Shown here: positions 21,138-30,865 of the stretch, in pieces
How positions within the stretch are numbered: the stretch's first letter is position 1
Layout of the letters: each line of letters starts with the position of its first letter
Assembly (NCBI GenBank): GCA_963663965.2
Contig: CAXXFK010000028.1
Coordinates: 576,001 to 640,000, forward strand
DNA from: Sedimentisphaerales bacterium
GTDB lineage: Bacteria > Planctomycetota > Phycisphaerae > Sedimentisphaerales > SM23-30
Length of the DNA stretch: 64,000 nucleotides
Direction: 5' to 3'
The notes under the pieces: generated by a model
The model's database searches: none
The model's input: only the letters and a program-made list of their open reading frames with translations
What the model was told of the DNA's origin: nothing
Position numbers and translations under genes: made by a program

Positions 21138-24100
21138 ATGTATAGAAAATTCTTGTTTTCCGCGATTGTCTTAATCTTGACGCTTAATTGCTCTTGGGCC
21201 GATAAACCCGAATATGTCTCAAATGGCAAGCGGTATATGACTGAGCGTATGCTCATCATGAAGAGCGACAAGAAGATACTTCGTGAACATAAGTTCCAGG
21301 AATGGGAGCAGGAAAAGCGTGAAATTATTCCGGTCATTATTAACCTCAATATCTGTTCAGAAGATGAAGGAGCGGATATCCCAGCAGAGATGGTGTTGGA
21401 AGAACGAATTATTGTTCAGCAGGATCGAATTCTTGATAAATTGCTGAAGAATAAGAAAGTTAGAATCCGTTACATCTTCCAACTTATACCATCTATTTCT
21501 TGCGAGATTCCAGCCAATCTCCTGAACTCTTTATCCATAAATCCAATAATAGATTCTGTTGAGCCAATTGAAAAAGGAAAGCTGCTGACCAAGCAGGGTA
21601 TTCCACAAATTGGAGGAGATGTTTACAGGTCTCAATACACCGGAAATGGTATTTCTATTGCTATAGTCGATAATGGTATTGAGGCCGACCATCCCTATCT
21701 TGGAGACGGAGAATTTGGCGTTTTAACAGCAAAAATTAAAGGCGGGAGAAGTTTTGTTCCAGGTGATGGATCCTATGTAACCCCTTCAGACACCCACGGT
21801 ACAGCATGTGCCGGAATTGCAGCAGGAGGCTTAGATTATAAGGAGTTAAACGATGATTATATCGGAGGTGTTGCTTATAATTCTCATCTCTATTCTTTGA
21901 AAATACTTGAAGGAAAAAATGATATTGAATCCGATGTTGTGTGTTCTGCGATTGAGTGGTGTACACTTCAAAAAGAATACGTAGATTCGAGTTTGCTCGT
22001 AATAAGTATGAGTTTTGGGGTAAATGGTTTTTTGAGCCCCTACGATGGATATTGCGACAATAAATACACTTCTTTATACAATGCAGTAAATGTTGCAAAA
22101 GGTAAAGGAATTACTTTGGTCGCTGCTTCAGGTAACGATGGAGATACCAATGGTATGAATAGCCCTGCTTGCTTATCAAATGTAATCTCTGTGGGTGCAG
22201 TATACGATAATTCTATACCAAACTACAAGTATATAGATAATAATACTGTCATCTGTGGACCTGAGCAGGGTGAACCGGATAAGGTGGCTTGTTTTTCTAA
22301 CAGTTCTTGGAGCTTGGATTTGTTAGCACCATCATATCAGGCGGCTACCACTATAATAGGCGGGTCTATCTATGACGGTTTTTCAGGCACTTCAGCGGCT
22401 TGTCCATATGTGGCTGGAGCAGTTGCGGTCATTCAAGAAGCTGCTGATGATATACTCGGTCATTATTTGACTCCTGACGAAATCCGTGAAAAATTAACCT
22501 CAACAGGTGACAACATTGCAGACCACAGGGCGGGCGCAAACAACAGAGTGACTCCAAGAATCAATATTGCAAAAGCCATCCAGTCGATGATGCACAAGGT
22601 AACGGTCTCTTCGGACTCGAACGGCTCTATCGACCCGATAGGTGAAGTCTATGTAAAGCCGGGAGGCAGTCTGGTTTTTAATGCGACACCTTCTGCCGGT
22701 TATGTAGTCGATGTATGGAAGAAGAAAGGAGTTGTTGTACAAAGCGGCGGCACTTACTATCCTCTCACAAATGTAACTGCCCCATGCACCCTAGAGGTTA
22801 CTTTTAAGTATCCGGCCTCTCAAGGCACCACTGTCCCATTAACGGCAACCGAATACGCAAATATTTACAGCAACAGTCCAACTGTAAACAATACCTATGC
22901 GAATGTCATGCAAATTTACTATCAGGGACCACCCTATAACTATTGGGCGGGCTTGCTCAAGTTCAATCTAAACGGAATACCGGCGGGCAGCACCATTAAC
23001 TCGGCACGATTGGAACTCAATTGCTTGCGAGATGATGGGAATAATAATATCGGCCTTTTAAAATGTATAAGCGGTTGGACACAAAGTACCGTATGCTGGA
23101 ATAACGTTCCCGATACAGGCGGCGTTACTTTTAACAGCGATTCAAGCGGAGTTGGGACATGGATATGGGTCAATCCCTATTTAGATCAATATGTACAAAG
23201 CTGGATTGATGATCCCAGCATGAATTATGGATTATTTTTAGGGGCCAATACATATGGTTTTGCTGAATTTTCCAATGGCAGTAGCGGGGTCTCTTATGTT
23301 AAACGCCCTAAGCTTGTGGTCGATTACTCAGGGCCGCCACCTGCGGATTTGATCGTCAGGGACTTAGATCCCACTCCAACTCCAGATGGCGGGGTCTATT
23401 ATGTTGGTGATACCATTAATTGGGAGGTGGATGTCAAAAATAATTCTACACATGGGTATGCCGATGAAACAAAGGCGAGTTTTCATATCGTCTCTTCATT
23501 ATCAGAGACGCTGAACGCTACCAATTTCATTGATGATCAAATCATTGAACCATTGGAACCCGGAAAGTCTGACAGCGGCTCGGTAAGCTATCCTTTTGAA
23601 GATTCTGATGTCGGCACCCGCTATGTCATTGCCAAGGCGGATTACTATGATGTCGTAGATGAGTTGGATGAAGGCAATAACACCCGTGTTTATGGGCCAT
23701 TTACCGTGTCCAGGAGGGGAAGCCTGTTTGTGCTACTGGAACCGAAAGAAATTCATGACAGTGATGCTAAATGGAGCATTGATGGAACCCACTGGTATGA
23801 TAGCGGCCATACACTGACGAATATCCCCGCCGGTACATATATGCTTTCGTATCAAACGGTTGCCGACTGGAATGCGCCGGCAAGCCTGCCTGTTCATATA
23901 AACAACAATACGACGAAATCTTTATCACGGGTGTACACTAAACGGTACGATATCGACAGAAATAATATAGTAGATCTTTCTGATTTGTCGCTACTCGCCG
24001 ACAGGTGGCAGGATGTGTCTTGCGGTGAGGCATACTGGTGCAATGAGGCTGATATCGACAGGTCTGGCGTTGTAGATTTCAACGACTTAGCTATCTTAGC

Positions 24101-24644
24101 GGATAATTGGCTCGATGCTTATCGATGGGATAGCACATGGCTTGAAAATATGAACTTTGAATTTGGAGATTTGACCCATTGGAGGGTCTCGGAATGCGGT
24201 TTCTTTTTGGATTCAATAATGATCGAGAATGCGCCATTAAGTACAGAAGGAGAGTATAGCGCCAGAGCCGATTTACAAGCTACATATGCTGGTGAAGAGG
24301 CTTTTTATCTTGAAGGTTGCATAAATCTATATCGGCATTTTGATTTACCTTGGACTGGGGATTGGCAAGTGTCATTTGACGCCCAGCTACTGTGTGATGA
24401 CTATCCAATGCCTGATCGCTCTCTAATGGATGTGGTACTAAATAGAACTTGGCTTGACACCATACCCGATGAAACCCCATACTATATTTTACCAAATAAG
24501 AGGTATACATTCTCTGGGCAGTTGACAGCGACTTCATCTTTAGACATGTCCATTAATATGAGAACACCATGGTATAGTCAATGGGAAAATAGAATTTCTC
24601 TGCTTATTGACAACTGCCGAATAATTCCTGTTGAGAGCAATTAA
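21138..24644 (+). CDS. Secreted S8 (subtilisin-like) peptidase with DNRLRE-like, CARDB-like and dockerin-like accessory domains
   Basis: Triad IVDNG / THGTACAG / GTSAACP; LLKFNLNGIPAGSTINSARLEL; VDELDEGNN; DIDRNNIVDLSDLSLLADRW and DIDRSGVVDFNDLAILADNW. Confidence 0.9.
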   Translation: MYRKFLFSAIVLILTLNCSWADKPEYVSNGKRYMTERMLIMKSDKKILREHKFQEWEQEKREIIPVIINLNICSEDEGADIPAEMVLEERIIVQQDRILDKLLKNKKVRIRYIFQLIPSISCEIPANLLNSLSINPIIDSVEPIEKGKLLTKQGIPQIGGDVYRSQYTGNGISIAIVDNGIEADHPYLGDGEFGVLTAKIKGGRSFVPGDGSYVTPSDTHGTACAGIAAGGLDYKELNDDYIGGVAYNSHLYSLKILEGKNDIESDVVCSAIEWCTLQKEYVDSSLLVISMSFGVNGFLSPYDGYCDNKYTSLYNAVNVAKGKGITLVAASGNDGDTNGMNSPACLSNVISVGAVYDNSIPNYKYIDNNTVICGPEQGEPDKVACFSNSSWSLDLLAPSYQAATTIIGGSIYDGFSGTSAACPYVAGAVAVIQEAADDILGHYLTPDEIREKLTSTGDNIADHRAGANNRVTPRINIAKAIQSMMHKVTVSSDSNGSIDPIGEVYVKPGGSLVFNATPSAGYVVDVWKKKGVVVQSGGTYYPLTNVTAPCTLEVTFKYPASQGTTVPLTATEYANIYSNSPTVNNTYANVMQIYYQGPPYNYWAGLLKFNLNGIPAGSTINSARLELNCLRDDGNNNIGLLKCISGWTQSTVCWNNVPDTGGVTFNSDSSGVGTWIWVNPYLDQYVQSWIDDPSMNYGLFLGANTYGFAEFSNGSSGVSYVKRPKLVVDYSGPPPADLIVRDLDPTPTPDGGVYYVGDTINWEVDVKNNSTHGYADETKASFHIVSSLSETLNATNFIDDQIIEPLEPGKSDSGSVSYPFEDSDVGTRYVIAKADYYDVVDELDEGNNTRVYGPFTVSRRGSLFVLLEPKEIHDSDAKWSIDGTHWYDSGHTLTNIPAGTYMLSYQTVADWNAPASLPVHINNNTTKSLSRVYTKRYDIDRNNIVDLSDLSLLADRWQDVSCGEAYWCNEADIDRSGVVDFNDLAILADNWLDAYRWDSTWLENMNFEFGDLTHWRVSECGFFLDSIMIENAPLSTEGEYSARADLQATYAGEEAFYLEGCINLYRHFDLPWTGDWQVSFDAQLLCDDYPMPDRSLMDVVLNRTWLDTIPDETPYYILPNKRYTFSGQLTATSSLDMSINMRTPWYSQWENRISLLIDNCRIIPVESN

Positions 24645-24984
24645 AAATATTAGCGGCGGCGTGGTCCTGGCAATCTGTGCGGGGTAACAAATGACGGCTG
24701 GGATCCTCGGTTCGGCTGGTCGACGTAGCGGCCCGACAAGCCAAAACGCTGGCGGATGCCTTTACGACGATTGAGGAACTCTGGGCCTGGGAATTTGACG
24801 GCCCGGCCCGGCGCGATATGAGCGGGGCGGCGGTCAGAGGGCGCGGACGTGACGCGGGCGCGATTGAGAGTTTTTGATTGGTTTGTGGGAGATTGTTTGT
24901 CGTAATGAGACAGAAATACCCGTATAAGTTAAAGAAGAAAATTTTAGACAGGATTAATAGGATAGATCAGGAAAAGCATTCCCT

Positions 24985-25260
24985 ATGAAAATACAAAAAA
25001 GGTTAATCCAACTTATTTGGTATTATTACTGGATAATGTTTATCTTGATCATTGGCGCTGCTTTTACACTCGACTTGAACCGTTCGATCTATTTTCTTCC
25101 CAGAGGTATATCAATTATTCTAACGGAATTTATGTTTATGAGTAATGTTGTAGCCGGAATCCTATTGCTGTTGTTAGATGTGCGTCATCGGTTACTTGTT
25201 TTAATCGCACTCCTGGTTATGGTCCTTTTTGGCCTGCCGGATGTGTTTGGCGGTTTTTAG
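24985..25260 (+). CDS. Small hydrophobic membrane protein
   Basis: 91 aa, three hydrophobic stretches, no recognisable family. Confidence 0.5.
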   Translation: MKIQKRLIQLIWYYYWIMFILIIGAAFTLDLNRSIYFLPRGISIILTEFMFMSNVVAGILLLLLDVRHRLLVLIALLVMVLFGLPDVFGGF

Positions 25261-25377
25261 TTCAGTTGAAGTTTCTTTGGTCTGCTGCACCTGACGGAAT
25301 GATTTGAGGCAGAATATTTTGGACAGGATATGTGGTATGGTTCGCAATATGAATTCGTACATTGCAGGCGGTACTGA

Positions 25378-27441
25378 TTACTGGCGGTAGAGGCGTTGCA
25401 CTGTCAGGTGTTGCAGTAGGGTGTTGGGGGTGAGTTGGATCGGGAGGCCGTCGATGAGGCGGGCACCGGGGTGGATGGCGGGTGTGTTGGTATCGGTGGT
25501 GATCTGATACTCCTGGGCGGGCTCTACAGTGAACCACTGTGGGAACTGATTGATGCGGGGGTAATCGAGTGGGAGTTTCATGAAGGCGCGGTAACGGGGC
25601 TGGTCGAAGATCAAAACGCCGGACCAGGGCTGGTCGGCTATCAGGCTGAGGTGGAGTCGATTATCCTGGCAGACCGCGCCCAGGCAGACATCATCGCGCC
25701 AGGGCTGGATGGTGACGCCCTGCTGTTTCCAGAGCGCCCACATGATGGCTGTGCGGGCGTAGTTGCCATCCCCGTGCCAGCCTTCGATGGTGCCATCCGG
25801 TTTCTGGATGTCGAGCATGCGGTTGATATTGGCGTCGATCCAGTCGGGAACCCCGGCGCTATCCGGTTCGCGATTGAACAGGTTGAGCGCGCCTTCAACC
25901 GAATCGGCGATGCCATCCGCACTCTGACCCTCCCAGGGGAATTTCCAGTAATGGTCTTTCAGATTGGACAGGGCCAACCGGGTCGCCTGGCGATAAGGCT
26001 CTTCCCGGTCGAGCAGATAGACGGTATAGAACCCATTATAGTTGTAGCCCCAGTTGTCATGGATAGTGGGGTTGAGGACGGCGCCGGTGCGTGGATTGAT
26101 GGTCTGGTACATGAGGCCGTATTCGTTGCGGCCGTATTTGAGGATATCATCCAGCATGGACTGGATAGGCTGACGATAGGCGCGGGCTTTGGCCGGGCGG
26201 GCCGTGTGGCAGGCGGCGTAAACCTCGGTCAGGCCGGAGATGAGTTCGCAGTTATGATCGCGCAGGCCCAGTTCGGTAAAGTCGCGGGTGGGGTGGTGAT
26301 CGCCCAGCAGGTAGTAATCGGCGATGCGGCAGGCCATATCGAGATAGCGAGTATTGCCGGCATTGAAATAGAGGCGGCTGAGGACCTGCATCATTTCACC
26401 GTTGACTTCGACGTTATTGGAAGGGAGCCGGCCGAAGGGGGTCTCGAAAGGGGCCTGGTCGAGGATGCTGTCGATGATGGCGGTCATGCGTTGGGACCAG
26501 GGGGTGGGGCCGAGCCATTCGGTAATGGGCATGAGGCCGTCCTTAACGTATTCGGAGCCATTGAAGATCAGGCTGTCGAGGCTTTCCTTTTCGTAGCGGT
26601 GTTTCCGGGTATCGAAGTCGTATTGCGCGGGCAGGCCGTTGGCCTGGGTGGCGATACGGGTTTCGGTATGGAGAATGTCGAGCATGCGGCCCTGATACAG
26701 GGCGCGGTCGGTCAGGGCGGCGGTCAGGACCATAAATGCGTAGTTGTCGGCGGCGGCGTCTTTGCCGTTCCAGAGGTTCTTGTCGCGGGACAGATTGCGA
26801 GGAATCAGGCCGGTTGTGGGATCGGTGTGGCTGAGCCAGCCATCCACATATTTGCGGCAGCGGCGCAGGGCTTCGTTGGCCTGACGGCCGTGGATGAACG
26901 CGCGGCGGGTGATGGCGAGTTGATCATTCTGGAGTTCACGCGCCCAGAGTTCCAGTTGAGTGGGCGGTGGGCTGGTGAGCTGGATCAGGTGGGAATCGGC
27001 GGGCGGCAGTTCACCATCCGGCGGGGTATCGGGTGTGGTCAGCCGGATAGCGGCCAGGAAGGCGGCTTTGGGCTGGTCGGGCTTGAGGGTGATCTGGTAG
27101 TTTTCTGTATCGGCGGCAGCGGCGGGGAGTTGGATCCGCTGCCACTGGAAGTCGTTGTAGTCGCCGGCTTTAATGGCAATGGGAGAAGTGTTGTTGACGA
27201 TAAGGATGGCCGCGCGCTGATCATTTTTGGCGCCCCAAAGCAGATCGAGTACATAGTCGGCAGTGGGTTTGATGGCAATGGTCAGGTAGAGCGGGCTGTC
27301 GCCGAGAAAGTGGTAAGGTGTGCCCAGGTATTTCTGGTTATCCGGAGCGTTGAACCGGAGCCAGGCGGCGGGCTCGGCCCGGAGGTGGCCGGTTAGTATG
27401 ATTAAGACCAATACGGGGACTATTCTGGATTGAGTTGACAT
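25378..27441 (-). CDS. Secreted hypothetical protein, possibly an alpha/alpha-barrel glycosidase-like enzyme
   Basis: Signal-like N-terminus (MSTQSRIVPVLVLIILTGHLRA), helical enzyme-like body (DNWGYNY, ADGIADSVEG, EGWHGDGN); function not established. Confidence 0.7.
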   Translation of the reverse strand: MSTQSRIVPVLVLIILTGHLRAEPAAWLRFNAPDNQKYLGTPYHFLGDSPLYLTIAIKPTADYVLDLLWGAKNDQRAAILIVNNTSPIAIKAGDYNDFQWQRIQLPAAAADTENYQITLKPDQPKAAFLAAIRLTTPDTPPDGELPPADSHLIQLTSPPPTQLELWARELQNDQLAITRRAFIHGRQANEALRRCRKYVDGWLSHTDPTTGLIPRNLSRDKNLWNGKDAAADNYAFMVLTAALTDRALYQGRMLDILHTETRIATQANGLPAQYDFDTRKHRYEKESLDSLIFNGSEYVKDGLMPITEWLGPTPWSQRMTAIIDSILDQAPFETPFGRLPSNNVEVNGEMMQVLSRLYFNAGNTRYLDMACRIADYYLLGDHHPTRDFTELGLRDHNCELISGLTEVYAACHTARPAKARAYRQPIQSMLDDILKYGRNEYGLMYQTINPRTGAVLNPTIHDNWGYNYNGFYTVYLLDREEPYRQATRLALSNLKDHYWKFPWEGQSADGIADSVEGALNLFNREPDSAGVPDWIDANINRMLDIQKPDGTIEGWHGDGNYARTAIMWALWKQQGVTIQPWRDDVCLGAVCQDNRLHLSLIADQPWSGVLIFDQPRYRAFMKLPLDYPRINQFPQWFTVEPAQEYQITTDTNTPAIHPGARLIDGLPIQLTPNTLLQHLTVQRLYRQ

Positions 27442-27700
27442 GGCTGTTATCCTGGCAGGGTTGAGCGATGTAACCGGTTGATAAGACATTCATTGGAATT
27501 GTAAGGGATTGGATTGGGTTTGAAAATGAGAAATTGCATGGTAAGGTAAAATCGAGTATGAAATGGTTTTTTCTTGCTCCTGCGGCGGCGCTTTTTGTAA
27601 AATTGATAGATTCGTTAAGGAAGTAGTGTTTTTTTAACCGTGAATCTGGGAAATATTCGTTTAAGTAAATGACACAGGCATCATGTGAGGATCTGTATGC

Positions 27701-28402
27701 ATGAACCATTCTGATACCCAAGTTCATCAGCCGGGAACACCCGCGGGAGGGGTCTTTACTCTCCCGATTGTGGGCATTGTGCTGATTTCCTGTGTCTGCG
27801 GCTGGTTTATGATGCAATTGGAGATTCTCGGTGTGCGAATTCTGGTGCCGTATTTCGGCAGTACGGTTACGGTGGTGACCGGCAGCGTGATCGGCGTGTT
27901 TCTGCTGAGTCTTTCGGTTGGCTATTTACTGGGCGGCTGGTTGTGCGGCAAGCTGAATGCCTGGGTCTGGCTGGGGATTGTGATGATGTTGGTCGGGGTA
28001 TGGAAATATGCCATTCCCATCATCAAAGATCCGATCTGTGATCCAATTTCCATGTCCCAGATCGATGAAAAGTGGGGGTCTCTGCTGGCGTCGCTGATTC
28101 TGTTCGGCGTGCCCACGGTGCTGCTGGGTACGGTTTCGCCTACCGTGGTGCACTGGCTGACCGCCCGGACGGGTAACTCCGGTTTCAGCGCCGGGCTGGT
28201 GCTGGCGGCCTCCACCATGGCCGGTTTCACGGGGTGTGTGGTGACGGCGTTTTATCTGGTGTTGTATTCGCTGCAAGCCACGCTCAAAAATTCCGGGATC
28301 ATCCTGGTGGGACTGGGGGGCATTGTGCTGGTGACCACTCTGCAGCTTATGCGCGCGCGGAAAAAAACTGATGTGATATCCAAGGAGGTAAAACATGACT
28401 AA
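27701..28402 (+). CDS. Membrane domain of the 'fused MFS/spermidine synthase' family
   Basis: MQLEILGVRILVPYFGST...IGVFLLSLSVGYLLGG, LLGTVSP, ASTMAG. Confidence 0.85.
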   Translation: MNHSDTQVHQPGTPAGGVFTLPIVGIVLISCVCGWFMMQLEILGVRILVPYFGSTVTVVTGSVIGVFLLSLSVGYLLGGWLCGKLNAWVWLGIVMMLVGVWKYAIPIIKDPICDPISMSQIDEKWGSLLASLILFGVPTVLLGTVSPTVVHWLTARTGNSGFSAGLVLAASTMAGFTGCVVTAFYLVLYSLQATLKNSGIILVGLGGIVLVTTLQLMRARKKTDVISKEVKHD

Positions 28403-29333
28403 CCCTGTCTCAAAATCTTTCCTGATTGGCGTTCTCAGTTTATTGACCGTTGTGCTGCCGACCACACTCTTTGCTTTGGTCTATGATTATGGCGATGTTG
28501 TCCATGTGCAGAATACGCTCTATACGAGTATTTACGTTTATCAAAACGATTCGGTAATGACGCTGCAATTCGGCCGGCGGAATATGGATGCTGTGCAAAG
28601 TCAGGTGGATGTGGATAATCCCCGTCTGCACTTGCTGGAATATTCCGAGATGGTTTTCAGCGGGCTGCTCTATCAGTCCGAGCCGAACACTGTCCTGGTG
28701 CTTGGTCTGGGCGGCGGGGTGATCCCCCGCGAAATGCGGCATTATTTTCCCAACGCAACCATCGATATCGCCGAGATTGACCGGGAGATGCTGCCGATCG
28801 CTTCGAAGTATTTCAAGTTTCAGCCGGATGATCGTATGAAGGTGCATGTCGGGGACGGCCGCATGTTTGTCAAAAAACAGATGCGGCTCGATCCGGTCCC
28901 GAAATACGATTTTATTGTATTGGATGCATTTAACAGCGATTACATTCCCTTTCATCTGATGACCAAAGAGTTTCTGGATGAGCTGCAAGGGGTGCTGGCG
29001 GACGATGGCGTGATTGTGGCCAATGTGTTTTATACCAGTCAGCTTTTTGATGCTGAATTCAAAACATTTCTTGACGTTTTTGGGCGATGCCAGGTCTATT
29101 ACGGCAAGAACTCCAGCAACGCGATGATTGTATCGCCCGGGCCGGATGGTCCGGTCTTAACCGCTGAGGAAGCGGTTAAAAAGGCGGGCGAACTTCAGGA
29201 GAAACTGAAGTTATCGCTTAATCTGGTCCGGGTGGCAAAGTTGTTATCCCCTTATGCCAAGCCCCACCCGCGGGCCATCCCGCTGACGGATGACCGCGCC
29301 CCGGTGAATCGATTGCGGACCCAAAAACGGTAG
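28395..29333 (+). CDS. Spermidine-synthase-like SAM-dependent transferase domain with N-terminal signal/anchor
   Basis: VLVLGLGGG, AEIDREM, GDGRMF, YDFIVLDAF, PFHLMTKEF; own RBS aaggaggt. Confidence 0.88.
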   Translation: MTNPVSKSFLIGVLSLLTVVLPTTLFALVYDYGDVVHVQNTLYTSIYVYQNDSVMTLQFGRRNMDAVQSQVDVDNPRLHLLEYSEMVFSGLLYQSEPNTVLVLGLGGGVIPREMRHYFPNATIDIAEIDREMLPIASKYFKFQPDDRMKVHVGDGRMFVKKQMRLDPVPKYDFIVLDAFNSDYIPFHLMTKEFLDELQGVLADDGVIVANVFYTSQLFDAEFKTFLDVFGRCQVYYGKNSSNAMIVSPGPDGPVLTAEEAVKKAGELQEKLKLSLNLVRVAKLLSPYAKPHPRAIPLTDDRAPVNRLRTQKR

Positions 29334-29540
29334 GGTGGTCGAGCCGCGGCCTGATAAGAAGGGTTACGCATCAAGGCGCGACGACACGAAGAAAAGCAGA
29401 TAAAGAGAAGGCCACAGGGCGATCAAGCCGCAACCAAAGAAAAAATAGTTCACACAAAGCCGCAAAGCCGCAAAGATAAACAGCCATTTAGACAGGATCT
29501 CAGGATCGACAGGATAAAAAGTTCGGGACCATTAAAATAT

Positions 29541-30865
29541 GGCTCATCCGGTTAATGAGTAGTTTTGGTTATGGATATGATGGATCCGGAGATAGAAGTA
29601 TTCCTGATCGCGGTAGCCATGAGCCATTCGTTGCAGGAGGCCGATTTTACGGTTATTGACTTCGACTTTGCTGGTGCTGATGGGATGGTCATACCAATTG
29701 AGCAGGAAGGGTTTCCAGAGTTGCAGTTGTTTGGCGGCATCCAGCAGGATCCGAATCCCGCTGGTTTGCGCCTGGCTGATCCAGCGTTTAAGTTCCTGTT
29801 CAGCCAGCGGAGCCGTGATCGCATCAAAAAGGAGACGGAGCCGTTCTTTCATGTAATAGGCGGTGGCCAGCGGCTGGTTGAGTTGCAGAGCCTCCTGCAA
29901 CCGGTGCCGTTCATCTTTGGCGCTATCGGCATGGGATTTAAGGTTCTCCGGCGCTTTGAGCAGCAGCCAGCGGCTGCCTTTAAGTACCGCTTTGCCCATG
30001 GTATCGGCCTCCCGGTACAAATCCCGGCGTAAACTGGTCAGTTTGTCGTTAAACCATTTGACCAGATGAAAATGGTCCAGCACCAGTTTGGCTTGCGGCA
30101 GTTCTTTCAGGACACTGGTCATAAAACCACTGGCCATATCGGTAGCCACCGCGGCAATCACCGCCCGGCTGCGTCGGACACGCCCCCAGAATCCCACCAG
30201 GGCCTCTTGGCCTTTGCCCTGGCCGATATGCAAAATTTGACCGCTTTCCAGGTCGGTTACCAGCGAGATGTATTTGCTTTTCCTGCCCAGATACAATTCG
30301 TCAATCCCCAGATAACGAACCTTTTTCAGGGAAATCTTTCGGTACCGTCGACCTAGCCAGGACTTATGAATCGATTTGATGGTATCCCAGCTTAAGCCGG
30401 TCCGTCGGGCCACCTCTTGCAGGGAAGCCGCCTGACATAAATCGATGACATACCGTTCCAACGCATGGGTGTAATGCTTCTTGGGGTCGGCAAATGGCAG
30501 ATGAGGCTGACGAATGGCCCCGCACGCCTGACATTTCAATCGGGGAATAGTGACAAGCAACTCCATTTGACGCAGACCGGCAGGTACCATGGCAAACCTC
30601 CGGGCCTTGTGACCGAAGTAAATGAAATTACGGGAGTTACAACAAGGGCAACGCAGACTATCCGCCGGCAAGATGCCGTGAATCACGCTCTTGCCCGCAA
30701 AAATATTCTGTCTTTTGGTATTGAACACCTCGAACACCAAAAGTATGATACAACATACTTGTGGACATGACTTTAGCTCCTAATATGAGGTTTTATTTTT
30801 TTCCTCAAACAGTAAAGTCATGTCTCTCTTTTTGCAACATTAACTACTCATTTTTCGGAAGAACC
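29541..30865 (-). mobile_element. ISL3-family insertion sequence (1325 bp)
   Basis: 24-bp imperfect IRs ggctcatccggttaatgagtagtt / aactactcatttttcggaagaacc; 8-bp TSD taaaatat at 29533-29540 and 30866-30873. Confidence 0.95.
29544..30768 (-). CDS. ISL3 transposase, 1-nt frameshift near the N-terminus (A5 run at 30699-30703)
   Basis: Probable true start MSTSMLYHTFGVRG at 30768; CPCC...CQAC zinc finger, LGIDE, ATDM, LDHFH, EVNNRKI...HGYR. Confidence 0.92.

Noticed and set aside
20583..24881. 136-bp repeat pair as a DGR template/variable repeat
   Set aside because: Mismatches are mostly synonymous, not adenine-specific, and there is no reverse transcriptase in the window
25435..27396. 653-aa + strand ORF (also 14337-15593, 17952-19277, 16450-17331)
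   Set aside because: Antisense shadows of well-supported GC-rich genes, with no recognisable motifs
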